DNA of 64,000 nucleotides from Macrostomum hystrix (lineage: Eukaryota > Animalia > Platyhelminthes): positions 248,001 to 312,000 of the forward strand of contig CATNEN010000033.1 in the NCBI GenBank assembly GCA_950097015.1, read 5' to 3'. Both the position numbers and the translations under genes were made by a program. This document shows, in pieces, positions 1 through 13,549 of this stretch. The stretch's first letter is position 1, and every line of letters starts with the position of its first letter. The notes below the pieces were generated by a model, which ran no database searches, was not told where the DNA came from, and worked only from the letters and a program-made list of their open reading frames with translations.

Positions 1-128
1 ACTCCTCCCTGATCCTCCCATTCTTCAGCTGGTCTCCGCTGCTAACTCCTCCCTGATCCTCCCATTCTTCAGCTGGTCTCCGCTGCTAACTCCTCCCTGA
101 TCCTCCCATTCTTCAGCTGGTCTCCGCT
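1..128. repeat. 44-bp tandem repeat (about 3 copies visible, truncated by window edge), probably intronic in the insulin-receptor-like gene
   Basis: Unit actcctccctgatcctcccattcttcagctggtctccgctgcta restarts at 1, 45 and 89. Confidence 0.9.
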
Positions 129-175
129 CCTAACCCATCCCAGACATAAAGGTGGGAGAGAGTGGGATAGCAGAC

Positions 176-3100
176 CTGAAGTCACGCAGCACAATTCGTG
201 GCCATTGTAGCAGCACAGCGCTGGAGTTGCTGAGCACAACAGTCAGATTGAAGGTGCTGTCAATGCACAAAGCCAAATTTCCATTGCTGTTGGACAGATT
301 GTCCGCATTGTGATAGCCAAGATCGGCTTGTCCAACGCCGTGTGTTACATTTAGCACACTCTCCACGAAGTTGACTATAGTTCGCGGACAGAGGCGCTGA
401 TTTCTGTGAAATAATATCCGACCCCGCGAGATTAGCAGGCGCCGACCGTTGGTGGCGTTCCACAGTTGCTGCAGGAAGTCGGTGAGCTGGACATAAAGGC
501 TAATGTTGTCCGTCACGTTTTTCCGCCTGTGGATAGTTGATTTTAAATGGAAAATAATTCAACTAGAAAACTGGGCCGATCATTAAACTGGTGATAGCAA
601 CACGTGAACATGTAATGATTACACACGTGAACAGGTGATAACAACACGTGAACAGGTGATATTTAAACACGTAAACAGGTGATAATAAAACACATGAAAT
701 AGTGATAATTAAACACGTCAAAATGTCATAATTAGACACGAAAACAGGTGATAATTAAACACGTGAAAAGGTGATAATTAAACACGTGAAAATGTGATAA
801 TAAGACACGTAAACAGGTGATAATTAAACACGTGAATTGGGGAAAATGAAACACGTGAACAGGTGATAAATATAAATTCAATGAACGTGTGAACATTTAG
901 CAGGTTAACAAGTGAACAGGTGATCGTTATTAAGGTACCTCAAGCTGGAGGTATCCGGGTTCCCATCGTTAAGATGCTGTCCGCCGATAACGCGCAGGCC
1001 GGATAGAAAGCTGAGCGATGTCAGATCGCGCGATTGCGTCACATTCAGGTAGCGCCTGATCTCGGTTAGATTGGAGAACGCCTCGTGCAGACGAGCATCA
1101 AGATCGTCTGAGAGGGAAGGGTAGGGAAATCAATTATTATTCTTCAGCATTTCAGGCGGGTACCTCCGTTACTTCAGGAATCAATCGCTATTCTTAATCG
1201 TTACACACGTATCTCAAGTACCTCCGTTACTTCAGGAATCAATCGCTATTCTTAATCGTTACACACGTATCTCAAGTACCTCCGTTACTTCAGGAATCAA
1301 TCGCTATTCTTCATCATTACACACGTATCTCAGGTACCTCCGTTACTTCAGGAATCAATCGCTATTCTTAATCGTTACACACGTATCTCAAGTACCTCCG
1401 TTACTTCAGGAATCAATCGCTATTCTTTATCGTTACACATGTATCTCTGTAACTCCGCTACTTCAGGAATCAATCGCTATTCTTAATCGTTACACACGTA
1501 TCTCAAGTACCTCCGTTACTTCAGGAATCAATCGTTATTCTTCATCGTTACACACGTATCTCAGGTAACTCCGTTACTTCAGAAATCAATCGATTAGAAT
1601 CAGACACTCACGAATATCATCCGACAGCGAGATTGTCAGCGCTTCCAAACTGTAGCAGCCGCGCACCTCGTCCAGATCCTTAGCCGACCGAATAGTCGGC
1701 GAGCGCGGACAGTGCTTGCGGCACAGCTGGCTGGCCGTACAGTTTCGGCACACCGTACCGTTCTCCGACTCGAAGCCGGCGGGACAGTCGGACACGCAGG
1801 ACCGGCCGAGAATCAATCTGCCTAGCGCTTTGCACTCTGGCTCGGGAATGCACAGCCAGTTATCAAGCCCCAGGTAGGAAGCTGGGCAAGCATTTACGCA
1901 CTGGTCGTTTAGGCGGAAACGACGGCAGGCAACGCAGTTCCGGTCGGTTGGACCGTCGCAGCCGGCCAGACAGTTGGCATGGCAACAAGCGGTTGATGCG
2001 TCAACAGTGAAGTTGGTTGTGTCTAGCCGACAACCGGACTGTGTCAGAAGAAACGGAATAATTTTTATCATGTTATCCATTACCGTTACTTTCAAACTCA
2101 ACTTTATTACAATACTCTTTTCAACCTCTTCCCCTCAATTCCATCCTCTTCCCCACAAGTACGAGTATCCTCTCTTCCCCCACAAGTCTACTCTCTTCCC
2201 CACAAGTCTACTCTCTTCCCCACCATTCTATTCTCTTCCCCCACAAGTCTACTTTCTTCCCCACCATTCTACTCTCTTCCCCCACAAGTCTACTACTCTC
2301 TTCCCCACCATTCTACTCTCTTCCCACAAGTCTACTCTCTTCCACACTATTCTACTCTCTTCCCCACTATTCTACTCTCTTCCCCACCATTCTACTCTCT
2401 TCCCCACCATTCTACGCTCTTCCCCACCATTCTACGCTCTTCCCCTTAATTCTAACTTCTTTCTTTAAATTCTATCCTGTTCCCCTAAATTATACCCTCT
2501 TTCTTTCCATTCTATCCGTGCCTATCTTAAGGACTAACGCGACACACAAAAGCTAATATTTATTACTGTAAAACTGTAGTCTAGAGTTTCCCACTAGGAG
2601 CGTAAAAAAGTTTTCCGTCCAAAATCTGGTTTACGGCACTCGCAATAAAACTAAAATTTATTCCACAAAGCAAACGTGACTCGAAAAAATCTGCAGACTC
2701 AAATTAAGAATTTGCATATTAGCTTCGTTGGCAAAAAGTTAATTTCGAGTTCTGCTTTTCGAGACAAACATTTTTGAGAAAAATGAGAATTTGTTCTCAC
2801 ACTAGTACTAAATCCGATTGGAAATTTAGAACTGGACTACATATTTTGCCCCCTATTTTTACCAACGGAAAGCTCGACAAGACTTTAAAACTTTGTGGAA
2901 AATCACAATACGGCAAATTGGGAAATGGGAAATCCACCAAAAGGAAATCCACTTACAAAAGAAAATAACTAAATAAGAAATCCACTTTGGGAAATCCCTT
3001 TATGGTAAGTTTGCTTAATGGGAAATCCAACTATGGGGAATCCAACGATGGGAAATCCAACTATGGGGAATCCAACTATGGGAAATCCAACTATAGGAAA

Positions 3101-6100
3101 TCCAACTATGGGGAATCCAACTATGGGGAATCCAACTATGGGAAATCCATCTATGGGAAATCCAACTATGGGAAATCCAACTATGGGGAATCCAACTATG
3201 GGAAATCCAACTATAGGAAATCCAACTATGGGAAATCCAACTATGGGGAATCCAACTATGGGGAATCCAACTATGGGAAATCCAACTATGGGAAATCCAA
3301 CTATGGGAAATCCAACTATGGGAAATCCAACTATGGGGAATCCAACTATGGGAAATCCAACTATGGGAAATCCAACTATGGGAAATCCAACTATGGGAAA
3401 TCCAACTATGGGAAATCCAACTATGGGGAATCCAACTATGGGAAATCCAACTATGGGAAATCCAACTATGGGAAATCCAACTATGGGGAATCCAACTATG
3501 GGGAATCCAACTATGGGAAATCCAAATATGGGAAATCCGCTAATGGAAACATGACTCCATAATGGAATGGTGGGAAAGCCATTCATCAGATACATAAAAA
3601 TAGAATATCCAATCTCATGCATTCAAGATGCTACAAACCTCGCCGCAGGAGTCGCTGCACACAGTCTGACAATGGCGCCTATTCCAGCACTGGCCCAGGC
3701 AATCAGATTTGTACACTCGCCTAACCAAACCACCGGAGCCAATTAACTTAATATCGCCCGGACACAAATTACTGCATTGCGATTGGTGCTGCACGTGATT
3801 GAAATGCAGCATTGAGGCGTAGTTTGGACCGAGAATGCTGGACCAGCGGACAGTGTCCAGGTAGCACAGCAGCGGAGAATTGTCGACTCGAATGCCGCGC
3901 TGGCCGCCAACGAAGCGCAGCCAGGGCAGGCCCAGACTGGTGAGGTTGGTCACATCGTACAGCACAATGGAATAGCCCATTATGGTTGTGAAGCCGCGCA
4001 CTACAGACAGCCTTGGAAACAGTTGATCCAGCGAGTCCAGACTGGACAGTCCGTACAGCAGCACGTAGCCCGTCACCTCGCTAAGACGACGGAATTGCAC
4101 GCTGGCGTTGCCATTGGCGCCGTGAATGTTGACAAATGAGATTGTGAGGGAGCCGTTGATAACTGTGCAGTTTGTTGCGGCCTGAATCTGCTTGGCAGTC
4201 ATTGCCAGATCGATGGACACCGAACTGCACACTGAACATTGGGGTGGGTTGGAAGATTGTTGCACACCTATTAGAGATGTGGTGCGCAAAATCATGCTCG
4301 CAAACCTCCTGAATACGGCCCCGTCAAAGACCTTCGTGTGATCGCTACCGGGTCTCATCTCTCCCCAGTCTTCTTTCTCCCTGTCTCATCTCTCCCTAGT
4401 CTCCTTTCTCCCAAGTCTCCTTTCTCCCTGTCTCATCTCTGCCTAGTCTCCTTTCTCCCAAGTCTCCTTTCGCCCTGTCTCATCTCTCCCTAGTCTCCTT
4501 TCTCCCAAGTCTCCTTTCGCGCTGTCTCATCTCTCCCTAGTCTCTTTTCGCCCCAGTCTCCTTTCTCCCTGTCTCATCTCTCCCTAGTCTCCTTTCGCCC
4601 TGTCTCATCTCTCCCTAGTCTCCTTTCTCCCCAGTCTCCTTTCTCCATGTCTTATCTCTCCCTAGTCTCCTTTCTCCCCAGTCTCCTTTCGCTCTGTCTC
4701 ATCTCTCCCTAGTCTCCTTTCTCCCCAGTCTCCTTTCGCTCTGTCTCATCTCTCCCTAGTCTCCTTTCTCCCCAGTCTCATTTCTCCCTGTCTCATCTCT
4801 CCCTAGTCTCCTTTCGCCATGTCTCATCTCTCCCTAGTCTCCTTTCTCCCCAGTCTCCTTTCGCCCTGTCTCATCTCTCCCTAGTCTCCTTTCTCCCCAG
4901 TCTCCTTTCGCCCTGTCTCATCTCTCCCTAGTCTCCTTTCTCCCCAGTCTCCTTTCGCCCTGTCTCATCTCTCCCTAGTCTCCTTTCTCCCAAGTCTCCT
5001 TTCTCCCTGTCTCATCTCTGCCTAGTCTCCTTTCTCCCAAGTCTCCTTTCTCCCTGTCTCATCTCTGCCTAGTCTCCTTTCTCCCAAGTCTCCTTTCTAT
5101 TAAGTCTCCTTTCTCCCAAGTCTCCATTCGCGCTGTCTCATCTCTCCCTAGTCTCCTTTCGCCCTGTCTCATCTCTCCCTAGTCTCCTTTCTCCCCAGTC
5201 TCCTTTCTCCCTGTCTCATCTCTGCCTAGTCTCCTTTCTCCCAGTCTCCCAGTCGCTGTCTCATCTCTCCGCTCTGCTGTCTCATCTCTTCGCTGTCTCA
5301 TCTTTCCGCTCTTCGCTGTCTCATCACTCCGCTGTCTCATCTCTTCGCTGTATCAACTCTCCGCTGTCTCATCTTTCCGCTGTCTCATCTCTTCGCTGTA
5401 TCAACTCTCCGCTGTCTCATCTCTTCGCTGTCTCACCTCTCCGCTGTCTCATCTCTTCGCTGTATCAACTCTCCGCTGTCTCATCTCTTCGCTGTCTCAC
5501 CTCTCCGCTGTCTCATCTCTTCGCTGTATCAACTCTCCGCTGTCTCATCTTTCCGCTGTCTCATCTCTTCGCTGTATCAACTCTCCGCTGTCTCATCTCT
5601 CCACTGTCTCATCTCTTCGCTGTATCAACTCTCCGCTGTCTCATCTCTTCGCTGTCTCATCTCTCCGCTGTCTCATCTTTTCTGTCTCATCTAGAAATAA
5701 TTTCTGACATGCTACAGATTTGTGTAAGTGCTTAAGAACTTGCTCTAAAATAAAGTATCTAAGAATCCATACATTTAGATACAGTTGCACTGGTGAAGCA
5801 TATTTAGCCACGCCCTCGCGATACATATCGGAGGCTTAAAATGATATTTTACGAAATGTCTGCACTGCAGCAATTAATATAAAACAATAAATAACTAGTA
5901 TCAAGCAAGCAGACTGTAAATTCCCCTCAGCCCATTATCCAACATTCTACATAGAACTAGCACATTTCAGAACATGATAGAATTCTACAACAGAGTTCTC
6001 GTTACCTAAATAATGCCAAAAATACTTTACAAATCATTTTGTTATAGATTTCATAATTTACGTATTATCTGAATGATGACCGAATTCTACCAGACTAATA

Positions 6101-9100
6101 GACCAAATTCTACACGAATAATAGACCGAAATCTACACGAATAATAGACCGAATTCTACAAGAATAATAGACCGAATTCTACACGAATAATAGACAGAAT
6201 TCTACAAGAATAATAGACCGAATTCTACAAGAATAATAGACCGAATTCTACAAGAATAATAGACAGAATTCTACAAGAATAATAGACCGAATTCTACACG
6301 AATAATACACCGAATTCTACAATACTAATAGACCGAATTCTACACGAATAATAGACCGAATTCTACACGAATAATAGACCGAATTCTACACGAATAATAG
6401 ACCGAATTCTACACGAATAATAGACCGAATTCTACAAGAATAATAGACCGAATTCTACACGAATAATACACCGAATTCTACAATACTAATAGACCGAATT
6501 CTACCAGACTAATAGACCAAATTCTACACGAATAATAGACCGAATTCTACACGAATAATAGACCGAATTCTACAAGAATAATAGACCGAATTCTACAATA
6601 CTAATAGACCGAATTCTACAAGAATAATAGACCGAATTCTACAAGAATAATAGACCGAATTCTACAAGAATAATAGACAGAATTCTACAAGAATAATAGA
6701 CCGAATTCTACAAGAATAATAGACCGAATTCTACAAGAATAGTAGACCGAATTCTACAAGAATAATACACCGAATTCTACAATACTAATAGACCGAATTC
6801 TACACGAATAATAGACCGAATTCTACACGAATAATAGACCGAATTCTACAAGAATAATAGACCGAATTCTACAAGAATAATAGACCGAATTCTACACGAA
6901 TAATACACCGAATTCTACAATACTAATAGACCGAATTCTACACGAATAATAGACCGAATTCTACACGAATAATAGACCGAATTCTACAAGAATAATAGAC
7001 CGAATTCTACAAGAATAATAGACCGAATTCTACAAGAATAATAGACCGAATTCTAAAAGAATAATAGACCGAATTCTACACGAATAATAGACCGAATTCT
7101 ACAATAATAATAGACCGAATTCTACAAGAATAATAGACCGAATTCTACACGAATAATAGACCGAATTCTACACGAATAATAGACCGAATTCTACACGAAT
7201 AATAGACCGAATTCTACAAGAATAATAGACCGAATTCTACACGAATAATAGACCGAATTCTACACGAATAATAGACAGAATTCTACAAGAATAATAGACC
7301 GAATTCTACAAGAATAATAGACCGAATTCTACAAGAATAATAGACCGAATTCTACAAGAATAATAGACCGAATTCTACACGAATAATAGACCGAATTCTA
7401 CACGAATAATAGACCGAATTCTACACGAATAATAGACCGAATTCTACAATAATAATAGACCGAATTCTACAAGAATAATAGACCGAATTCTACAAGAATA
7501 ATAGACCGAATTCTACAAGAATAATAGACCGAATTCTACAAGAATAATAGACCGAATTCTACACGAATAATAGACCGAATTCTACAATAATAATAGACCG
7601 AATTCTACAAGAATAATAGACCGAATTCTACACGAATAATAGACCGAATTCTACAATAATAATAGACCGAATTCTACAAGAATAATAGACCGAATTCTAC
7701 ACGAATAATAGACCGAATTCTACAATAATAATAGACCGAATTCTACAAGAATAATAGACCGAATTCTACAAGAATAATAGACCGAATTCTACAAGAATAA
7801 TAGACCGAATTCTACACGAATAATAGACCGAATTCTACACGAATAATAGACCGAATTCTACACGAATAATAGACCGAATTCTACACTAATAATAGACCGA
7901 ATTCTACACGAATAATAGACCGAATTCTACAAGAATAATAGACCGAATTCTACACGAATAATAGACCGAATTCTACACGAATAATAGACCGAATTCTACA
8001 CGAATAATAGACCGAATTCTACACGAATAATAGACCGAATTCTACACGAATAATAGACCGAATTCTACAAGAATAATAGACCGAATTCTACACGAATAAT
8101 AGACCGAATTCTACAAGAATAATAGACCGAATTCTACAAGAATAATAGACCGAATTCTACAAGAATAATAGACCGAATTCTACAATACTAATAGACCGAA
8201 TTCTACACGAATAATAGACCGAATTCTACACGAATAATAGACCGAATTCTACAAGAATAATAGACCGAATTCTACAAGAATAATAGACCGAATTCTACAC
8301 GAATAATAGACCGAATTCTACAATACTAATAGACCGAATTCTACAAGAATAATAGACCGAATTCTACACGAATAATAGACCGAATTCTACACGAATAATA
8401 GACCGAATTCTACACGAATAATAGACCGAATTCTACAAGAATAATAGACCGAATTCTACAAGAATAATAGACCGAATTCTACACGAATAATAGACCGAAT
8501 TCTACACGAATAATAGACCGAATTCTACACGAATAATAGACCGAATTCTACACGAATAATAGACCGAATTCTACAAGAATAATAGACCGAATTCTACAAG
8601 AATAATAGACCGAATTCTACACGAATAATAGACCGAATTCTACAAGAATAATAGACCGAATTCTACAAGAATAATAGACCGAATTCTACAAGAATAATAG
8701 ACCGAATTCTACAATACTAATAGACCGAATTCTACACGAATAATAGACCGAATTCTACACGAATAATAGACCGAATTCTACAAGAATAATAGACCGAATT
8801 CTACAAGAATAGTAGACCGAATTCTACACGAATAATAGACCGAATTCTACACGAATAATAGACCGAATTCTACAATAATAATAGACCGAATTCTACACGA
8901 ATAATAGACCGAATTCTACAATAATAATAGACCGAATTCTACAAGAATAATAGACCGAATTCTACAAGAATAGTAGACCGAATTCTACACGAATAATAGA
9001 CCGAATTCTACACGAATAATAGACCGAATTCTACAAGAATAATAGACCGAATTCTACAAGAATAATAGACCGAATTCTACACGAATAATAGACCGAATTC

Positions 9101-9481
9101 TACACGAATAATAGACCGAATTCTACACTAATAATAGACCGAATTCTACAAGAATAATAGACCGAATTCTACAAGAATAGTAGACCGAATTCTACACGAA
9201 TAATAGACCGAATTCTACACGAATAATAGACCGAATTCTACAAGAATAATACACCGAATTCTACAAGAATTATTGCATTAAGTTTGTAAGTTTGTAGTGA
9301 ACTGTATCATGAAGCAGAAGAGTTTAACTACGGAAAATAGCTGCACAGAAGCCTTACGCTTGAATTCAGCTTCATCTGAACTATTGTTTGCCTCCAACGA
9401 TGACGGGCACATCAGCAGCAGCAGCAGCAGGCCGTGTCTGAGTCCAACTACAATCGTTCTCATAGCCAACCTGCCATCCAT
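176..9481 (-). CDS. Insulin/IGF receptor-family protein, N-terminal part (signal peptide, L1, furin-like Cys-rich, L2, start of FnIII); continues beyond left edge
   Basis: Exons 9481-9358, 4267-3639, 2038-1612, 1107-939 and 526-176, with GT-AG ends and matching phases (1,0,1,2). The 176 donor is the least certain. Signal peptide GLLLLLLMCP; L1 motifs NCTVINGSL, LFPRLSVVRG, LCYLDTVRWSSIL; Cys-rich CCHANCLAGC; L2 LFHRNQRLC; then SNGNLALC and an FnIII-like AVLLQWP...DFR, as in insulin receptors rather than EGFR. Confidence 0.87.
599..925. repeat. 23-bp minisatellite (aaacacgtgaacaggtgataatt), intronic
   Basis: acacg recurs at 736, 759 and 782; units carry CACGTG and CAGGTG E-box-like hexamers. 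Confidence 0.85.
1160..1590. repeat. 58-bp tandem repeat, about 7.5 copies, fills most of an intron
   Basis: gtacctccgttacttcaggaatc... starts at 1160, 1218 and 1276. Confidence 0.92.
2140..2455. repeat. 20-bp pyrimidine-rich minisatellite (tccccaccattctactctct)
   Basis: 20-nt period is clear at 2341-2440; intronic. Confidence 0.85.
3020..3545. repeat. 15-bp minisatellite (gggaaatccaactat), about 35 copies with degenerate flanks
   Basis: Direct repeat; source of the MGNPT, GKSNY and IVGFP pseudo-ORFs; lies in the intron 3638-2039. Confidence 0.95.
4352..5690. repeat. CT-rich 16-bp-based minisatellite (ctgtctcatctctccc core, with 32/48-bp higher-order units, then ccgctgtctcatctct variants)
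   Basis: Direct repeats; same core as the array at 38131-39310. Confidence 0.93.
6075..9270. repeat. 23-bp satellite (tagaccgaattctacaagaataa / ...ctacacgaataa), about 139 copies, EcoRI site in nearly every unit
   Basis: Homogeneous array in intron 1 of the receptor gene, with two dominant variants interspersed. Confidence 0.97.
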
Positions 9482-12400
9482 GTAGAGAGCAGGCTATTAC
9501 CAATTCAAGCGCCGATGAAAACTGTAAATTAGTTAATTAATAAATTTATAATAACGGATTTCTGCAACAGAACCGAGACAGGCCTAATAAATAGTAGCAA
9601 AAGCACTCCCGATGTAGCTAGGTCTCATTTGGGCTCAGTGTGAGAGAAGACTTATTCCGACTTGTAAGTCAGCACGACACCTTACATTACGCTAATTTTT
9701 ATAGAGAAAAAATCCAATGCAATATTTAATCTTAGCTACAGTGAATGATGACGAATTAAATCGATACGAAACTATGCAGCTAATTACTAATAAATAGACG
9801 ACTGAATAGATTGAAACAAACTTTCTGCGCGATATATTTATATCTTGTTCTCTAGTCTCCCTAGAAAATGATTTGCTCCTAAGATATAGTTCAGCATCTC
9901 TCTGACTGACTGTGCAAAGCCAGATACCATTGGATGGGGCTTGCAGTTTGCCAAGAAAGACAGACAGATCCGATGGCCTATCAGAGAAGATCGCGTCTGC
10001 AAATATTCTAGGTGAAAATGGGAAATAATCTGCAGCCAGTTGGTCGCCTGCTCCCTATATAAGTTTTACTGATTCTCTCACTGATTAAGCAACAATTAAG
10101 CAACAGAATGTAATTTCTCTAGTAGAAGAAGCACTCTAAAATATCAAAGAAAGAACGCAAAGAACCCACTGATTGGGAATCAGACGTCAATATAACTGAA
10201 GAGTATTTAGCCTACACCCAACCGGTATGAAGAAAGGTGGATAGGCTTGGTAAACATCTAGGGAAACACACAGATTTCAGTTAGGCTAAGAGTGCGAAGA
10301 GCGAACTGTTAGGAGCTGACCGAATAACAAACCGGTTGGGAAGAAAAACAGGTACGGAGAGAAAATGGGGAGAAGATTGGTAATCAGTCACGGGGCTGCA
10401 GCTAGGCAAGATCGCGGTATCCTCCAGTGGGGTTTAACAGATTATTTGTTATGCCGATAGTCAGGGCAGGGTTGCTTAGAGTGCATCTAGGCTAGTGGGA
10501 AAAGGTGATTCAGTTTTCTACCTTTCCTGGTTCTAGAGGAATTTCCTTTATCATTCCAAGCCATAAAATTACCGCGCTGCAGTCATAGGTCAAAATGTAC
10601 TTTAGTCATGGATGGCAGAAAAACAAGACGCAAAGTTCCAGCAAGTTGTTGTTATGCCGCTTTCGTAAAGTACCTGAAGAATAACATCGAATGCCGCTCG
10701 ATTAGGTCGCAAATATTTACACACGCTGGTAAGGCTAAATAAAGTACATATAAGGGCGGATCCAGCAGAGTATGGCTGTCATTAGTGCAGCAAACAATTC
10801 CCTAATATTTGTCTCACTAAAGTTTTTTATCCTTAAACGTCTCAACGTTTTTATAAGAACTATAAGAAAAAGTTATAAAAATGATGACTATAATACACTT
10901 AGAAACACATTGTGATTTGCCAAATATAACTGATTTAAGCTTGGTGTTACTAAAAGCATGGTAGCATAACAAACCATATCTGTATGTTTTGATTGCTTGA
11001 ACAGTAAAACATTTCTTATGTAAAACTCGAAAATGCAGAGTAAACATGCCATCTTATATAATTTGCAAGCTCACAAGAAATGTTTTTCTTTTTTAGACAA
11101 AGATCTTAAAATTTTACACTACTACTGTTAGTAAGGAAGTGAGCAAAACACTGTATTTCCCGCAAGTAAGAGTATAGATTGAGAGTAAAGAGGAATGTAA
11201 GAAAGACCACTAAGGTAACAAAAGGGAATTATTGTAGCACTAGTATAAACACTTTAGGAAAATAACAAAAAAACTATATACAAGACTTTTATGGTGGTAA
11301 TGCTATTCATTTTATCCACTAAAGGGCTGAGAGAAAGACTTTGACTCTGGATCTCTGGTTCCTTGGCACACTTAACCATTTGCCTTCCATTCTACACTGC
11401 CTGTTTCTCACCTTGCTCTTATTCTTCTATCTGGTTCTCTGCCTCTGCCATTAATCTCTCACCCCAATCACACTTTTTAGTTGCACTGTCAAAAGCCTTT
11501 GAGTGCAGTCCAACATAAAATTTTATCAATATATCCATGAGGTAGACATTGTTTGCTTGCTTATCTCTAAGTGAATTATCAGCTGCTGAATTATTTGACA
11601 AAAACAAACCTTGTGTATATTTTATGCATACCCTTATTGATTTTCATAATGAATAATAAGATTTTCCCTGATTTCTTAATCTATATACATATGTTTTGGT
11701 AAATAGCAGAGCTAACAAACTTTAACCTAAGCCATTAATAAAATTTAAGACACTGAAAAGATTGTCATAAATAGGGTATTAAATACAAATGTTATATGCA
11801 TAGTTTATATATAGTTCTATATATTGTTTATTTGAACTATAATCAATACAATGACATACATGGAAAATAATGAATATAATTACATTATAATGAAATAACA
11901 GCAAAATCTTTGCTATAAAAAGAAGTTAGTTTTAAAACCCATAGAAAAATTAGACGTAATCATTCTATGATCGGGAAGTCATTCTATAAGTGGTTGTAGA
12001 TAGAACAAAAAAGGTTTTTTATTCTCAGCACCCCAAAAGCCTTATAAATGTAGATTTATTAACATAACAAAAATAGAAATATAAGATTTAAGGAAATCTG
12101 GTTGTTTCAGCCACAAACAATTTTGGCCATAACCATTTTGGGCGTGAAACCATTTGGCTCAAATCACATGCTTCTATTTGATGCTTTTAACATCAAACTA
12201 GAGCATTGTTTGCTAGCATTTGTTTATTCATTATTTGTAGCCTGTTGTCTCCTACTGTCATAGCTCATTTATGGAAAATCAGTTTCTTCTTTAAAAAACA
12301 AAAAGGCCTTTAACTTTTTTTTAAAGTAGATCTGTTTTTTTATTTAGAAAAAAGTAAAAGGTCCCAATTTAAATTTTGCTGTAACACTGCATGATAGAAA

Positions 12401-13549
12401 TTTAAAAGCTTTGTTTAAAGAAATCAGCAGCCTAACTATATGATTACAGTCCCCCAAGAGAGAGAGATTAGCAAGAAAATCTTTGTGTTTTAGTGCTTAA
12501 GCTCATGGAAAGAAAGTCTTGGCATGGAAAGATCCAATGGGAAAAACTTAATGGAAAAAGCTCAGCATGAGAAGCTTAGCAGGGAAAACATCCGTGGCAA
12601 AAAAGTTACTCTGGAAAAATCTCATTATGGGAAAAGCTCCTGTGGGAAAACCTTGCTAGGGGAAAGAAAGATCCTATAGGAAAAGCTCAGTCAGAAAAGT
12701 TAGGAAAAGCACTAATCTAAGGGTACTAAAATAACATTATGCCATATTAAAAAGCATACAGAACAGCAATATCATGTCTTCAAATAGCTTCCTGTAAATT
12801 TTGTAATTGTAAGTTAGTCTATACAATAATAAAGTGGAACAATCATTGTTTAACTGTTTTCTATAATAAAATAAGTCTTAATGTCGATGACTAGTTTTTT
12901 CATGTCACCTTCATAAGAAGCATTCTGAATGATATTTAGATTAAATTTTAATTTTGGAATCTAAATAAAACATGTAAGATAATCTGCACTACACTCTAGT
13001 CAAAATATATATAATAATTTTAGATTAGCTTTAGCTTTACATTACCTATTCTAGTTATACGAATGTAATGATAAAATATATTTACAAGGGCATAAAGCAA
13101 TTCTCAGTAAAAATTAGGCTACTACCATCTTATTTTTATCTACAATATAAAGTTGAAAAATTTGCTTATATTTATCGAGGGAGTTAATCTAAGAAAGATG
13201 GAATCGGCAACGCGCTTAAATTCGCGCTACGCGATTCGACAAATTGCTTGATATATCAAAAAAAATATTGAAAGTCCTAAAAGCGTTGAATTTTTTTACT
13301 GAGAGTTACTATGATTTAAAAAATATATTTTTCTTTCTGTAATGAAATAATTTCTTCAACTGTGATATAACGTTTGGGAAATTCGTTTTTTAACTCGAAA
13401 TGTCGCGAAATCTGCACTTTTACTTTTTCTCCTCACTGCATAACGTTTCTGTGACTTGAGTTCATATTTAGCATAACTAATTTTGTATACGTGTTGCTGC
13501 AACACTTGTGTTATATTTGTTCTTTAAAACTTCCATAATACAAAAAGCC

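Noticed and set aside
3020-3545. Clustered NF-kB/Dorsal-like sites GGGAAATCC (also 33285 and 43812)
   Set aside because: The match is a by-product of the repeat unit, and there is no independent evidence of binding.
2969-3622. Repeat ORFs (IVGFP)n, (GKSNY)n and (MGNPT)n
   Set aside because: Translations of a 15-bp array inside a phase-consistent intron of the receptor gene.
1586-4358. EGFR/ErbB identity for the L-domain gene
   Set aside because: L2 is followed by an FnIII-like segment, not a second Cys-rich domain.
6075-9270. CRISPR-like array (short unit with palindromic GAATTC); likewise the 22- and 23-bp arrays
   Set aside because: Units are contiguous with no unique spacers, no cas genes are present, and the context is a eukaryotic intron.
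11419-11607. Short minus-strand ORF (NSLRDKQANNVYLMDIL...)
   Set aside because: No recognisable motif or convincing splice context; AT-rich intergenic region.
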